A DNA stretch of 26,992 nucleotides from a virus (lineage: Duplodnaviria > Heunggongvirae > Uroviricota > Caudoviricetes), in IMG/VR virus record IMGVR_UViG_2778261667_000015, one strand, 5' to 3'. Both the position numbers and the translations under genes were made by a program. Below the pieces are notes generated by a model. It saw only the letters and a program-made list of their open reading frames with translations, was not told where the DNA came from and did no database searches. Shown one piece after another: positions 18,855 to 26,992 of the stretch (positions are counted from its first letter, which is position 1; each line of letters opens with the position of its first letter).

Positions 18855-19820
18855 TTATCCTCTGAAACCAGGCGGAATTTCTGTATCCGGTTCAGAAATA
18901 TGATTAACACAACGCTGTACAGGTGAACGTCCCAGGCGGATGACCAGTTCGTCCCATTTTTCGCGGAGCTTTGACGGGCTCATGATGTTTTTTACCCAGA
19001 ATGGATCTCGCTGAACCCGACCAAACATTTCGCAAATTTGTCTGTGGCTTCTGCCATCCAGCATCCGCATTGTGCGCACGTCATTGGCCCAGGCAGTCCA
19101 GTTAGGCTCTTTTGGTCGCATGATCTCGCCATCATCACTGGCTGCCTGTTCGTAGAGACCCACGATCCGCCCCCAGATCCACTGCGCACACGCCAAATCC
19201 TCCCTGCTACCCCACTGGCGTTTTTTCGCACTAAACACAACCGCGTCGGAGTTCCGGGTTAAAAAATCCTGTTCAGTCGTCTGCGGGTCCGGTTGCGAAG
19301 CTTCCGGACGAAAAGTGTTTTTATTCTCTGTAGTAATCTCTGTTGTATTCTCTGTAAGATCATCAGGCCATTTTGACCCGATGACATTGGATCGTTTTGA
19401 ACCAATGGAGCGTTTCATTTTGACCTCTTCCATCGTGTCATTTTGACCTGATGGAGCGGCGCATTTTGAACTGATGGATTCGCTCAATTTGCCACCATCT
19501 AAAAGATCGCTCCCGTAGTTGATCGTGTAGAAATTGGTCATGTCGCGCTTTGATTTATTGAGCTTTTCGCAACGCAAAAGCCCCAGCGTTTTCAGACTTG
19601 CAAACGCGCGCTTTAACGTTGACTCTGACCAGAACGGGAACTGCGCCAGCCATTGTTCCGTTGTGTTGTAAATCCAGCGAACACCATCACATTCCATGCC
19701 GGAATTGGTATCTCTCAACCAGTAATGCAGTTGCTGCAACACAATGGCTTCGTTTAAGCCAATCTTCATCGCAAGCTGTGTGTTTATAACCAGTGGGCGT
19801 TCAGCAAAAAGAAGGCTCAT
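18855..19820 (-). CDS. Replication initiation protein (lambda O-like / replisome organiser) with ori inside the gene
   Basis: ORF 18855..19874 (TTG start; ATG at 19820). N-terminal winged-helix-like region (LVINTQLAMKIGLNEAIVLQQLHYWLRD...) and iterons within the coding sequence as for lambda O. Confidence 0.6.
   Translation of the reverse strand: MSLLFAERPLVINTQLAMKIGLNEAIVLQQLHYWLRDTNSGMECDGVRWIYNTTEQWLAQFPFWSESTLKRAFASLKTLGLLRCEKLNKSKRDMTNFYTINYGSDLLDGGKLSESISSKCAAPSGQNDTMEEVKMKRSIGSKRSNVIGSKWPDDLTENTTEITTENKNTFRPEASQPDPQTTEQDFLTRNSDAVVFSAKKRQWGSREDLACAQWIWGRIVGLYEQAASDDGEIMRPKEPNWTAWANDVRTMRMLDGRSHRQICEMFGRVQRDPFWVKNIMSPSKLREKWDELVIRLGRSPVQRCVNHISEPDTEIPPGFRG
19323..19500. repeat. Replication origin: six ~12-bp iterons at ~23-bp spacing plus three TCTCTGT repeats
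   Basis: cattttgacc(c) and close variants at 19369, 19392, 19415, 19439, 19461 and 19485; attctctgta-like repeats at 19323-19360. Confidence 0.6.
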
Positions 19821-20322
19821 AATTCCATCCAGCTTTTTGTTGGTATTGCTGTCGATACGCAAGCTTGAAAGCAATTGCTTTTTCTATAAGTTCGTCAGTT
19901 TCACGATCTACAACGGCAGGATCTGCAAAAAGCAGTCCGGACTCCACCACATCGCCATATTCTTTATTTAACCCAGCGATCATGTACGTAATGCTCTTTC
20001 CGTCACTAATTTCACGATACAACCTGAAATCACTAATCCGGATAGCCTCCATAATTGCAGGCGCTAGCGCTGTGAACTTTTCACGCTTATCCCTGGTGTC
20101 GATAGCCTTCCAGCGTTCAAATATCTTCACTCGATTAACGCTAAGCGCTCGCTGATCAACCGCGCCACCTTCATATGTGACACGCTGAACATCGATGTTC
20201 GGGCGCTCTTTCAAAGCCCAGAATGCTTCAGTGATTAATATCGTCGCCTGCTCCTGTGTCATTCCTGGTCGACATATCCAGGCATCCAGAGCCTCACGAG
20301 CCTGTTCAGGAGTGATTTTCAT
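19801..20322 (-). CDS. Hypothetical 173-aa protein between the cro-like gene and the replication gene
   Basis: ATG at 20322 overlaps the dicC 3' end; no family recognised; occupies the cII / YdaT-equivalent position. Confidence 0.45.
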   Translation of the reverse strand: MKITPEQAREALDAWICRPGMTQEQATILITEAFWALKERPNIDVQRVTYEGGAVDQRALSVNRVKIFERWKAIDTRDKREKFTALAPAIMEAIRISDFRLYREISDGKSITYMIAGLNKEYGDVVESGLLFADPAVVDRETDELIEKAIAFKLAYRQQYQQKAGWNYEPSFC

Positions 20323-20536
20323 TGTTCAACCGCCCCGCCCGCTTCGTCTTACGATATTCGTCATAAACTTTGGGATCATACTGAAGCTCCCCGCCAGATG
20401 CCTCCTGTAGACGCATCGCGCGACCTTCGGGAACTAAATCCCCTTTCCAGCTATAAAGCGAAGCCAAACGAATACCTGCTGCTTGTGCAAGTTTTGTTTT
20501 TGAACCGAAATACAAAAGAGCGTCAGTTTTAAGCAT
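20306..20536 (-). CDS. dicC: Cro-like regulator DicC
   Basis: 76 aa MLKTDALLYFGSKTKLAQAAGIRLASLYSWKG... with an HTH; divergent from dicA. Confidence 0.8.
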   Translation of the reverse strand: MLKTDALLYFGSKTKLAQAAGIRLASLYSWKGDLVPEGRAMRLQEASGGELQYDPKVYDEYRKTKRAGRLNNENHS

Positions 20537-20546
20537 TTAAAACACC

Positions 20547-20618
20547 TAGCTGTTAGTCATGGCTAACAAAATAGATGTTAACAAAAACATAGTCAATACG
20601 ATTTAGCATTAGCTAACT
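20547..20618. promoter_or_regulatory. dicA/dicC divergent promoter-operator region
   Basis: 16-bp palindrome GTTAGTCATGGCTAAC at 20552-20567 plus a half-site ttagctaac at 20609-20617 abutting the dicA ATG, which has no obvious SD. Confidence 0.5.
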
Positions 20619-21026
20619 ATGGATACAAAAAATTTAACCATCGGCGAACGCATTAGGTATCGTCGGAAAAACCTCAAACACACCCAAAGGTCTCTTGCTA
20701 AAGCCCTGAAAATCTCCCATGTGTCTGTATCACAATGGGAACGGGATGATAGTGAACCTACAGGGAAGAACCTTTTTGCCCTCAGCAAAGTATTGCAATG
20801 CTCACCAACATGGATTCTATTTGGCGATGAAGACAAGCAACCAACACCACCTGTTGAGAAGCCGGTTGCCTTAGCCCCCAAAGAACTAGAGCTCCTTGAG
20901 CTGTTTAATGCACTGCCAGAATCAGAACAGGATACCCAGCTCGCCGAAATGCGAGCTCGAGTAAAAAATTTCAATAAACTCTTTGAAGAATTACTAAAAG
21001 CCCGTCAGCGGACAAATAAAAGATAA
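20619..21026 (+). CDS. dicA: Repressor DicA (HTH, c2-like)
   Basis: 135 aa MDTKNLTIGERIRYRRKNLKHTQRSLAKALKISHVSVSQWERDDSEPTGKNLFALSKVLQCSPTWILFGDE... Confidence 0.85.
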   Translation: MDTKNLTIGERIRYRRKNLKHTQRSLAKALKISHVSVSQWERDDSEPTGKNLFALSKVLQCSPTWILFGDEDKQPTPPVEKPVALAPKELELLELFNALPESEQDTQLAEMRARVKNFNKLFEELLKARQRTNKR

Positions 21027-21059
21027 CATCATCAATGAGTTATCTTTTATTATATCAAT

Positions 21060-21115
21060 TATGTTAGCCATAACATACAAAATCACTTGACCAATATGTT
21101 AGTCATGGCTAATCT
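21060..21115. promoter_or_regulatory. Operator-like repeats upstream of the ydfA-dicF-dicB operon
   Basis: gttagtcatggctaat at 21098-21113 (one mismatch to the 20552 palindrome) and a related gttagccataacat at 21063-21076. Confidence 0.45.
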
Positions 21116-21192
21116 TGTTTACATCAACACACCGCACGGTGTTCTCAGCAAACAGTTCCGCCACCCCGGCGTTAAGGGGAAATGAGGTCAGC

Positions 21193-21348
21193 ATGGATAC
21201 TATCGATCTTGGCAACAGCGAATCTCTGGTATGTGGCGTGTTCCCCAACCAGGACGGCACGTTCACCGCGATGACGTATACCAAAAGCAAAACGTTTAAA
21301 ACCGAAAATGATGCCCGTCGCTGGCTGGAAAGAAACTCAGGTGAGTGA
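21193..21348 (+). CDS. ydfA: YdfA-like small protein (51 aa)
   Basis: ATG at 21193 with GAGG upstream; MDTIDLGNSESLVCGVFPNQDGTFTAMTYTKSKTFKTENDARRWLERNSGE. Confidence 0.7.
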   Translation: MDTIDLGNSESLVCGVFPNQDGTFTAMTYTKSKTFKTENDARRWLERNSGE

Positions 21349-21349
21349 T

Positions 21350-21925
21350 ATGGATTTCGACACAATCATGGAAAAGGCTTACGAAGAATACTTCGAAGGC
21401 CTTGCCGAAGGCGAAGAAGCTCTCAGCTTCAGTGAGTTTAAACAGGCACTCAGAATAAGAATGTGCTCTCACAATGACGCGGAGCACAAATATGAGAAGC
21501 AAAATCAGACCGCAGAAAATTTTGTTCTGGAACCCGGAGAAACGCTTTTCAAAATTCCCGTTACGTGCCCCATTTGCGGTTTTACATCAGAAGAACTTGA
21601 CGACTCCTGTAACAATCAGGAAACAACCAAGTATGTCGAAGATGATACCGAGTGCGCACGAAGAACGATTATATCCACGAGTCCAAACTCCAGGACCAAT
21701 AAATCTCACCTTGAGAGGGTGATTAATCCACTCCCCCAAACCAATAAAAAAGATGCCGGAGGACAAAAAACCCAATGGAACAACGGGATATCTGTCAAAA
21801 AAAGACGTTCCATTAAAGACAAACAACGCAGCGCCAACAACTGTAAGCGCTTTATACCAGTAATCAATTTTCATGTTCTTAAGCGGATTTATTGGTGGTT
21901 GCGACATTGCTTAATGAATCCTTAA
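21350..21925 (+). CDS. YdfB/YdfC-like protein encoded as one continuous 191-aa ORF
   Basis: ATG at 21350, 2 nt after the ydfA stop; begins MDFDTIMEKAYEEYFEGLAEGEE... and continues without a stop to 21925; contains a CPICGF motif. Confidence 0.5.
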   Translation: MDFDTIMEKAYEEYFEGLAEGEEALSFSEFKQALRIRMCSHNDAEHKYEKQNQTAENFVLEPGETLFKIPVTCPICGFTSEELDDSCNNQETTKYVEDDTECARRTIISTSPNSRTNKSHLERVINPLPQTNKKDAGGQKTQWNNGISVKKRRSIKDKQRSANNCKRFIPVINFHVLKRIYWWLRHCLMNP

Positions 21926-22184
21926 AACTGTGGTGATTTTAAGGATACCACCTCGCCTGACGTGGTTAAAAGCAGGCACACAACACGAAAGCGCACGGCG
22001 AAGTTCGTCTCACTGTACGGTGTCGTTAAATTTAATTCGACCGTGCGCTTCCGGTTGTGGCAACCCGCAAAATGGCGCGGCGGTAAGTATGGCGGGGTTA
22101 TTCCTTCCCCGTTGAGGACACCGAGTTGTCAGGTTGACCATACGCTTAAGTGACAACCCCGCTGCAACGCCCTCTGTTATCAAT

Positions 22185-22242
22185 TTTCTGGTGACGTTTG
22201 GCGGTATCAGTTTTACTCCGTGACTGCTCTGCCGCCGTTTTT
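22185..22242 (+). ncRNA. dicF: DicF small RNA
   Basis: tttctggtgacgtttggcggtatcagttttactccgtgactgctctgccgccgttttt matches the DicF sequence as I recall it, including the 3' terminator hairpin and U-tail. Confidence 0.85.
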
Positions 22243-22411
22243 AAAGTGAATTTTGTGATGCGGTGAATGCGGCTAAGCGCACGCGGAACAGTTAAAACCA
22301 AAAACAGTGTTATGGGTGGATTCTCTGTATCCGACGTTAATTGTTAACTGGTTAACGTCACCTGGAGGCACCAGGCACTGCATCACAAAATTCATTGTTG
22401 AGGACGCGATA

Positions 22412-22600
22412 ATGAAAACGTTATTACCAAACGTTAATACGTCTGAAGGTTGTTTTGAAATTGGTGTCACTATCAGTAACCCTGTATTTACTGAAGATGG
22501 CATTAACAAGAGAAAACAAGAACGGGAGCTATTAAATAAAATATGCATTGTTTCAATGCTGGCTCGTTTACGTCTGATGCCAAAAGGATGTGCACAATGA
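22412..22600 (+). CDS. dicB: Cell-division inhibitor DicB
   Basis: 62 aa MKTLLPNVNTSEGCFEIGVTISNPVFTEDGINKRKQERELLNKICIVSMLARLRLMPKGCAQ; GAGGA upstream. Confidence 0.85.
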   Translation: MKTLLPNVNTSEGCFEIGVTISNPVFTEDGINKRKQERELLNKICIVSMLARLRLMPKGCAQ

Positions 22601-22788
22601 ATTCAGCATTTGCGCTTGTTCTGACAGTTTTTCTTGTTTCCGGAGTGCCAGTTGATATTGCAGTCAGTGTTCACAGGACAATGCAGGAGTGTATGACTGC
22701 AGCAACCGAACAGAAAATTCCCGGTAACTGTTACCCGGTCGATAAAGTTATTCACCAGGATAATATCGAAATCCCGGTAGGTCTTTAA
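22597..22788 (+). CDS. ydfD: YdfD-like small membrane (lysis-associated) protein
   Basis: 63 aa MNSAFALVLTVFLVSGVPVDIAVSVHRTMQECMTAATEQKIPGNCYPVDKVIHQDNIEIPVGL; start overlaps the dicB stop (ATGA). Confidence 0.75.
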   Translation: MNSAFALVLTVFLVSGVPVDIAVSVHRTMQECMTAATEQKIPGNCYPVDKVIHQDNIEIPVGL

Positions 22789-22881
22789 AACAGTTCCGTA
22801 ATAAATATCCGGTTTCATTCTTATATGCCAGCAATGGCAGGGATTTGTTCATCCTTAAATCTGTCATGAGGTTAAAACAAA

Positions 22882-25353
22882 ATGAGTAAAGTCTTTATTT
22901 GCGCCGCTATTCCTGACGAACTGGCAACAAGGGAAGAAGGCGCTGTGGCTGTAGCCACAGCCATTGAAGCTGGCGACGAACGCCGTGCTCGAGCAAAATT
23001 TCACTGGCAATTCCTGGAACATTATCCGGCTGCTCAGGACTGCGCTTATAAATTTATTGTCTGCGAGGATAAACCTGGCATACCCCGCCCTGCCCTCGAT
23101 TCATGGGATGCTGAATATATGCAGGAAAACCGCTGGGATGAGGAGTCTGCTTCTTTTGTCCCGGTTGAGACTGAATCCGATCCGATGAACGTCACTTTTG
23201 ACAAGCTGGCCCCTGAAGTACAGAACGCTGTCATGGTTAAGTTCGACACATGTGAAAACATCACCGTTGATATGGTTATTAGCGCACAGGAATTGTTGCA
23301 GGAAGACATGGCAACATTCGACGGACATATCGTTGAAGCGTTGATGAAAATGCCAGAAGTTAACGCCATGTATCCGGAGCTTAAGTTGCACGCCATTGGG
23401 TGGGTTAAGCATAAATGTATTCCTGGTGCTAAATGGCCCGAAATTCAGGCAGAGATGCGCATCTGGAAAAAACGTCGCGAAGGTGAACGCAAGGAAACCG
23501 GAAAATACACGTCTGTTGTTGATCTCGCCCGCGCCAGAGCCAATCAACAGTACACTGAAAATTCAACAGGAAAAATCAGCCCGGTCATTGCTGCCATTCA
23601 TCGCGAATACAAGCAGACATGGAAAACACTGGATGACGAACTGGCCTACGCTCTCTGGCCTGGTGATGTGGATGCCGGAAACATTGACGGCAGCATCCAT
23701 CGCTGGGCAAAAAAAGAAGTTATCGACAACGACCGCGAAGACTGGAAGCGTATCTCGGCATCAATGCGCAAACAGCCTGATGCCCTTCGCTACGACCGCC
23801 AGACTATTTTTGGCCTTGTCCGTGAGCGTCCGATCGACATTCACAAAGATCCCGTAGCACTGAACAAATATATCTGCGAATACCTGACGACAAAGGGCGT
23901 GTTTGAGAATGAAGAAACAGACCTGAGCACTGTTGATGTTCTCCAGTCATCAGAAACACAAACTGATGCAGTGGAAACTGAGGTATCTGATATCCCAAAA
24001 AATGAAACCGCGCCGGAAGCTGAACCATCTGTAGAGCGTGAGGGGCCGTTCTATTTCCTCTTCGCAGATAAGGACGGAGAAAAATACGGTCGCGCAAACA
24101 AACTTTCTGGTCTGGATAAGGCACTGGCTGCTGGCGCCACTGAAATCACAAAAGAAGAATATTTTGCCCGAAAAAATGGCACATACACGGGCTTACCGCA
24201 AAATGTAGATACCGCTGAAGATTCAGAACAACCAGAGCCGATAAAAGTTACCGCTGACGAAGTAAACAAAATTATGCAGGCAGCCAATATCAGCCAGCCT
24301 GACGCCGATAAGTTGCTTGCTGCATCACGTGGTGAATTTGTTGAAGGGATTAGTGACCCGAATGATCCGAAATGGGTTAAGGGGATCCAGACCCGCGATT
24401 CTGTGAACCAGAACCAGCATGAATCGGAACGGAACTACCAAAAAGCGGAACAAAACAGTCCAAATGCGTTACAAAACGAGCCAGAAACGAAACAGCCTGA
24501 ACCAGTGGCGCAACAGGAAGTGGAAAAAGTCTGCACCGCCTGCGGTCAGACCGGCGGCGGCAACTGCCCTGATTGTGGCGCGGTGATGGGCGACGCAACA
24601 TACCAAGAAACATTCGATGAAGAGTATCAGGTTGAAGTTCAGGAAGATGATCCGGAGGAAATGGAAGGCGCTGAACATCCACACAAGGAGAACACTGGCG
24701 GCAATCAGCATCACAATAGCGATAATGAAACTGGCGAGACGGCAGATCACCCAATTAAGGTGAACGGTCATCACGAAATCACATCCACCAGCAGGACGTG
24801 TGACCATCTAATGATCGACCTTGAAACCATGGGAAAAAATCCTGATGCCCCGATCATCTCAATAGGTGCAATATTTTTCGATCCGCAAACCGGAGATATG
24901 GGACCGGAATTTAGTAAGACTATCGATCTGGAAACTGCTGGCGGAGTCATTGATCGGGACACCATTAAATGGTGGCTTAAGCAATCACGCGAAGCGCAAT
25001 CTGCCATTATGACCGATGAAATCCCGTTAGATGATGCACTGTTACAATTGCGGGAATTTATCGACGAAAACTCCGGTGAATTTTTTGTTCAGGTCTGGGG
25101 AAATGGAGCCAACTTCGACAACACGATTTTGCGCCGTTCATACGAACGGCAGGGGATCCCCTGCCCGTGGCGTTACTACAACGATCGCGATGTACGCACA
25201 ATCGTTGAGCTGGGGAAAGCCATAGACTTCGATGCCAGAACGGCTATTCCATTCGAAGGTGAGCGCCATAATGCACTTGATGACGCCCGTTACCAGGCAA
25301 AATACGTTTCAGTTATCTGGCAAAAACTGATCCCGAGTCAGGCTGATTCTTAA
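22882..25353 (+). CDS. ydfE: YdfE-like large protein: N-terminal domain of unknown function, acidic linkers, central zinc ribbon, C-terminal DnaQ-like DEDDh 3'-5' exonuclease domain
   Basis: 823-aa ORF; C-terminus carries Exo I (MIDLETMG), Exo II (VWGNGANFDNTIL) and Exo III (HNALDDARY) motifs; CTACGQTGGGNCPDCG zinc ribbon near residue 550. Confidence 0.7.
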   Translation: MSKVFICAAIPDELATREEGAVAVATAIEAGDERRARAKFHWQFLEHYPAAQDCAYKFIVCEDKPGIPRPALDSWDAEYMQENRWDEESASFVPVETESDPMNVTFDKLAPEVQNAVMVKFDTCENITVDMVISAQELLQEDMATFDGHIVEALMKMPEVNAMYPELKLHAIGWVKHKCIPGAKWPEIQAEMRIWKKRREGERKETGKYTSVVDLARARANQQYTENSTGKISPVIAAIHREYKQTWKTLDDELAYALWPGDVDAGNIDGSIHRWAKKEVIDNDREDWKRISASMRKQPDALRYDRQTIFGLVRERPIDIHKDPVALNKYICEYLTTKGVFENEETDLSTVDVLQSSETQTDAVETEVSDIPKNETAPEAEPSVEREGPFYFLFADKDGEKYGRANKLSGLDKALAAGATEITKEEYFARKNGTYTGLPQNVDTAEDSEQPEPIKVTADEVNKIMQAANISQPDADKLLAASRGEFVEGISDPNDPKWVKGIQTRDSVNQNQHESERNYQKAEQNSPNALQNEPETKQPEPVAQQEVEKVCTACGQTGGGNCPDCGAVMGDATYQETFDEEYQVEVQEDDPEEMEGAEHPHKENTGGNQHHNSDNETGETADHPIKVNGHHEITSTSRTCDHLMIDLETMGKNPDAPIISIGAIFFDPQTGDMGPEFSKTIDLETAGGVIDRDTIKWWLKQSREAQSAIMTDEIPLDDALLQLREFIDENSGEFFVQVWGNGANFDNTILRRSYERQGIPCPWRYYNDRDVRTIVELGKAIDFDARTAIPFEGERHNALDDARYQAKYVSVIWQKLIPSQADS

Positions 25354-25425
25354 TGTTCAACTGTCGCCGGTTGTGACTGGTATTCTGCAACCGGCGCTCG
25401 TCTGATGTAAGAGATAAAGAAATCG

Positions 25426-25677
25426 ATGAGCGAAGTAATCATGATTGTCTCTCCCGGCAAATGGGTATCCGAAGAGCAGTTAATTGCGCTGAAAGGAATA
25501 AAAAAAGGTACGTTAAAAAAGGCTCGGGAAAAATCGTTTATGGAAGGAAGGGAATATAAGCATGTCGCTCATGACGGTATGCCATGGGATAACAGTCCAT
25601 GCTTTTACAACCTGGAAGAAATTGATCGCTGGATTGAGCGCCAGGCATCAGCGAGACCAAGACGTCATCTTACTTGA
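25426..25677 (+). CDS. xis: Excisionase-like protein
   Basis: 83-aa ORF immediately upstream of the integrase; ...WVSEEQLIALKGIKKGTLKKAREKSFMEGREYKHV... resembles Rac/Qin-type excisionases. Confidence 0.6.
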   Translation: MSEVIMIVSPGKWVSEEQLIALKGIKKGTLKKAREKSFMEGREYKHVAHDGMPWDNSPCFYNLEEIDRWIERQASARPRRHLT

Positions 25678-25711
25678 CTAAAAGCCACACTAACTAATGA
25701 GAGAAGTTGAA

Positions 25712-26992
25712 ATGAAATATCCGACAGGCGTGGAAAACCATGGAGGGAAATTACGTATCTGGTTTGTTTATAAAGGCGTAAGAGTCAGGGAAAATCTGGG
25801 GGTTCCTGACACAGCAAAAAACAGGCGCGTTGCAGGTGAACTACGCGCCTCTGTTTGTTACGCAATAAAAACTGGTGTTTTCGACTATGCAAAACAGTTT
25901 CCCTCCTCACGCAATCTGGAAAAATTTGGTGAGGCCCGACAAGATTTAACCATAAAAGAACTGGCTGAAAAATTTCTGGCACTGAAAGAAACTGAAGTCG
26001 CCAAAACATCACTCAACACATACCGTGCCGTCATCAAAAATATCCTGAGCATAATCGGTGAAAAAAATCTTGCCTCATCGATTAATAAAGAAAAATTACT
26101 GGAGGTTCGTAAAGAGCTACTGACTGGATACCAGATCCCCAAAAGTAACTATATTGTTACACAACCAGGGAGATCGGCTGTAACTGTAAATAATTACATG
26201 ACAAATCTTAACGCCGTGTTCCAGTTTGGTGTTGATAACGGTTACCTGGCAGATAATCCGTTTAAGGGGATCTCGCCATTAAAGGAATCAAGAACCATTC
26301 CGGATCCTCTTTCGCGGGAGGAATTTATCCGTCTTATCGATGCGTGCAGAAATCAGCAAGCAAAAAATTTATGGTGTGTTTCTGTTTATACTGGCGTTCG
26401 CCCTGGTGAGCTGTGTGCACTTGGATGGGAGGACATAGATCTGAAAAATGGAACAATGATGATCAGGAGAAATTTAGCAAAAGACCGTTTCACGGTACCA
26501 AAAACACAGGCGGGAACCAATCGGGTCATTCATCTTATTAAGCCAGCAATCGACGCTCTCCGGAGTCAGATGACATTAACGAGACTGAGCAAAGAGCATA
26601 TCATTGATGTTCACCTCAGAGAGTATGGCAGAACAGAAAAACAAAAATGCACCTTTGTTTTTCAACCTGAAGTGTCAGCGAGAGTAAAAAATTATGGTGA
26701 CCATTTTACCGTTGACTCAATAAGGCAGATGTGGGACGCAGCGATAAAACGTGCCGGACTCCGCCATCGAAAATCATATCAGTCGAGACATACTTATGCC
26801 TGCTGGTCGCTGACAGCTGGTGCTAACCCGGCATTTATAGCAAACCAGATGGGCCATGCAGATGCGCAAATGGTATTTCAGGTATACGGAAAATGGATGT
26901 CTGAAAACAATAATGCACAGGTAGCTTTGTTAAATACACAGTTAAGTGAGTTTGCCCCAACCATGCCCCATAACGAAGCAATGAAAAATTAA
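25712..26992 (+). CDS. int: Tyrosine integrase (lambda Int family)
   Basis: ORF 25697..26992; ATG at 25712 has GAGAAG upstream. C-terminal catalytic signature R...HxxR...Y (YTGVRPGEL; HTYACWSL; HADAQMVFQVY). Stop is the last codon of the window, so attL should lie just beyond. Confidence 0.9.
   Translation: MKYPTGVENHGGKLRIWFVYKGVRVRENLGVPDTAKNRRVAGELRASVCYAIKTGVFDYAKQFPSSRNLEKFGEARQDLTIKELAEKFLALKETEVAKTSLNTYRAVIKNILSIIGEKNLASSINKEKLLEVRKELLTGYQIPKSNYIVTQPGRSAVTVNNYMTNLNAVFQFGVDNGYLADNPFKGISPLKESRTIPDPLSREEFIRLIDACRNQQAKNLWCVSVYTGVRPGELCALGWEDIDLKNGTMMIRRNLAKDRFTVPKTQAGTNRVIHLIKPAIDALRSQMTLTRLSKEHIIDVHLREYGRTEKQKCTFVFQPEVSARVKNYGDHFTVDSIRQMWDAAIKRAGLRHRKSYQSRHTYACWSLTAGANPAFIANQMGHADAQMVFQVYGKWMSENNNAQVALLNTQLSEFAPTMPHNEAMKN

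Noticed and set aside
21930-22153. Track ORFs 21930..22115 and 21962..22153 upstream of dicF
   Set aside because: This is the spacer that forms the DicF precursor; the frames lack SDs and are more likely RNA-structure DNA than coding.
22964-25225. Many minus- and plus-strand track ORFs inside the YdfE-like gene
   Set aside because: Embedded in a single long ORF with clear C-terminal exonuclease motifs; treated as shadow frames.

Overview
This 27 kb window reads as a defective lambdoid prophage of the E. coli Qin / DicB type, with the late operon on the minus strand. Reading left to right: a 5'-truncated lambda-J-like tail gene fused by deletion to a truncated head protease, then portal, gpW, large and small terminase and a probable cos region; small Qin-type accessory genes (ydfO, gnsB, ynfN, cspI); a lysis cassette (Rz/Rz1 spanins, SAR-type endolysin, ydfR, S21-type pinholin); a cargo zone between lysis genes and Q (Zn-ribbon gene, cspB, cspF, a diverged relic of a Q 3' end, an AT-rich islet with a DUF883-like gene and tiny ORFs); antiterminator Q, ydfU, rem and a hok/mok/sok type I toxin-antitoxin; a QueH-like (DUF208) epoxyqueuosine reductase gene; an O-like replication gene with internal iterons; the dicC/dicA immunity switch, ydfA, a ydfB/ydfC-like ORF, the DicF sRNA, dicB, ydfD, a large YdfE-like protein with a C-terminal DEDDh exonuclease domain, excisionase and integrase. 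All calls rest on reading translations and motifs by eye; no database search was run, and gene symbols are given by remembered similarity and synteny to K-12 Qin. The ORF track reports GTG/TTG starts, so several starts were re-chosen from Shine-Dalgarno context. No CRISPR array, tRNA, rRNA or IS element was recognised. The items I would look at first are the prophage-borne QueH, the small-ORF islet downstream of Q, the YdfE-like exonuclease without an annealase partner, and the protease/J deletion junction.
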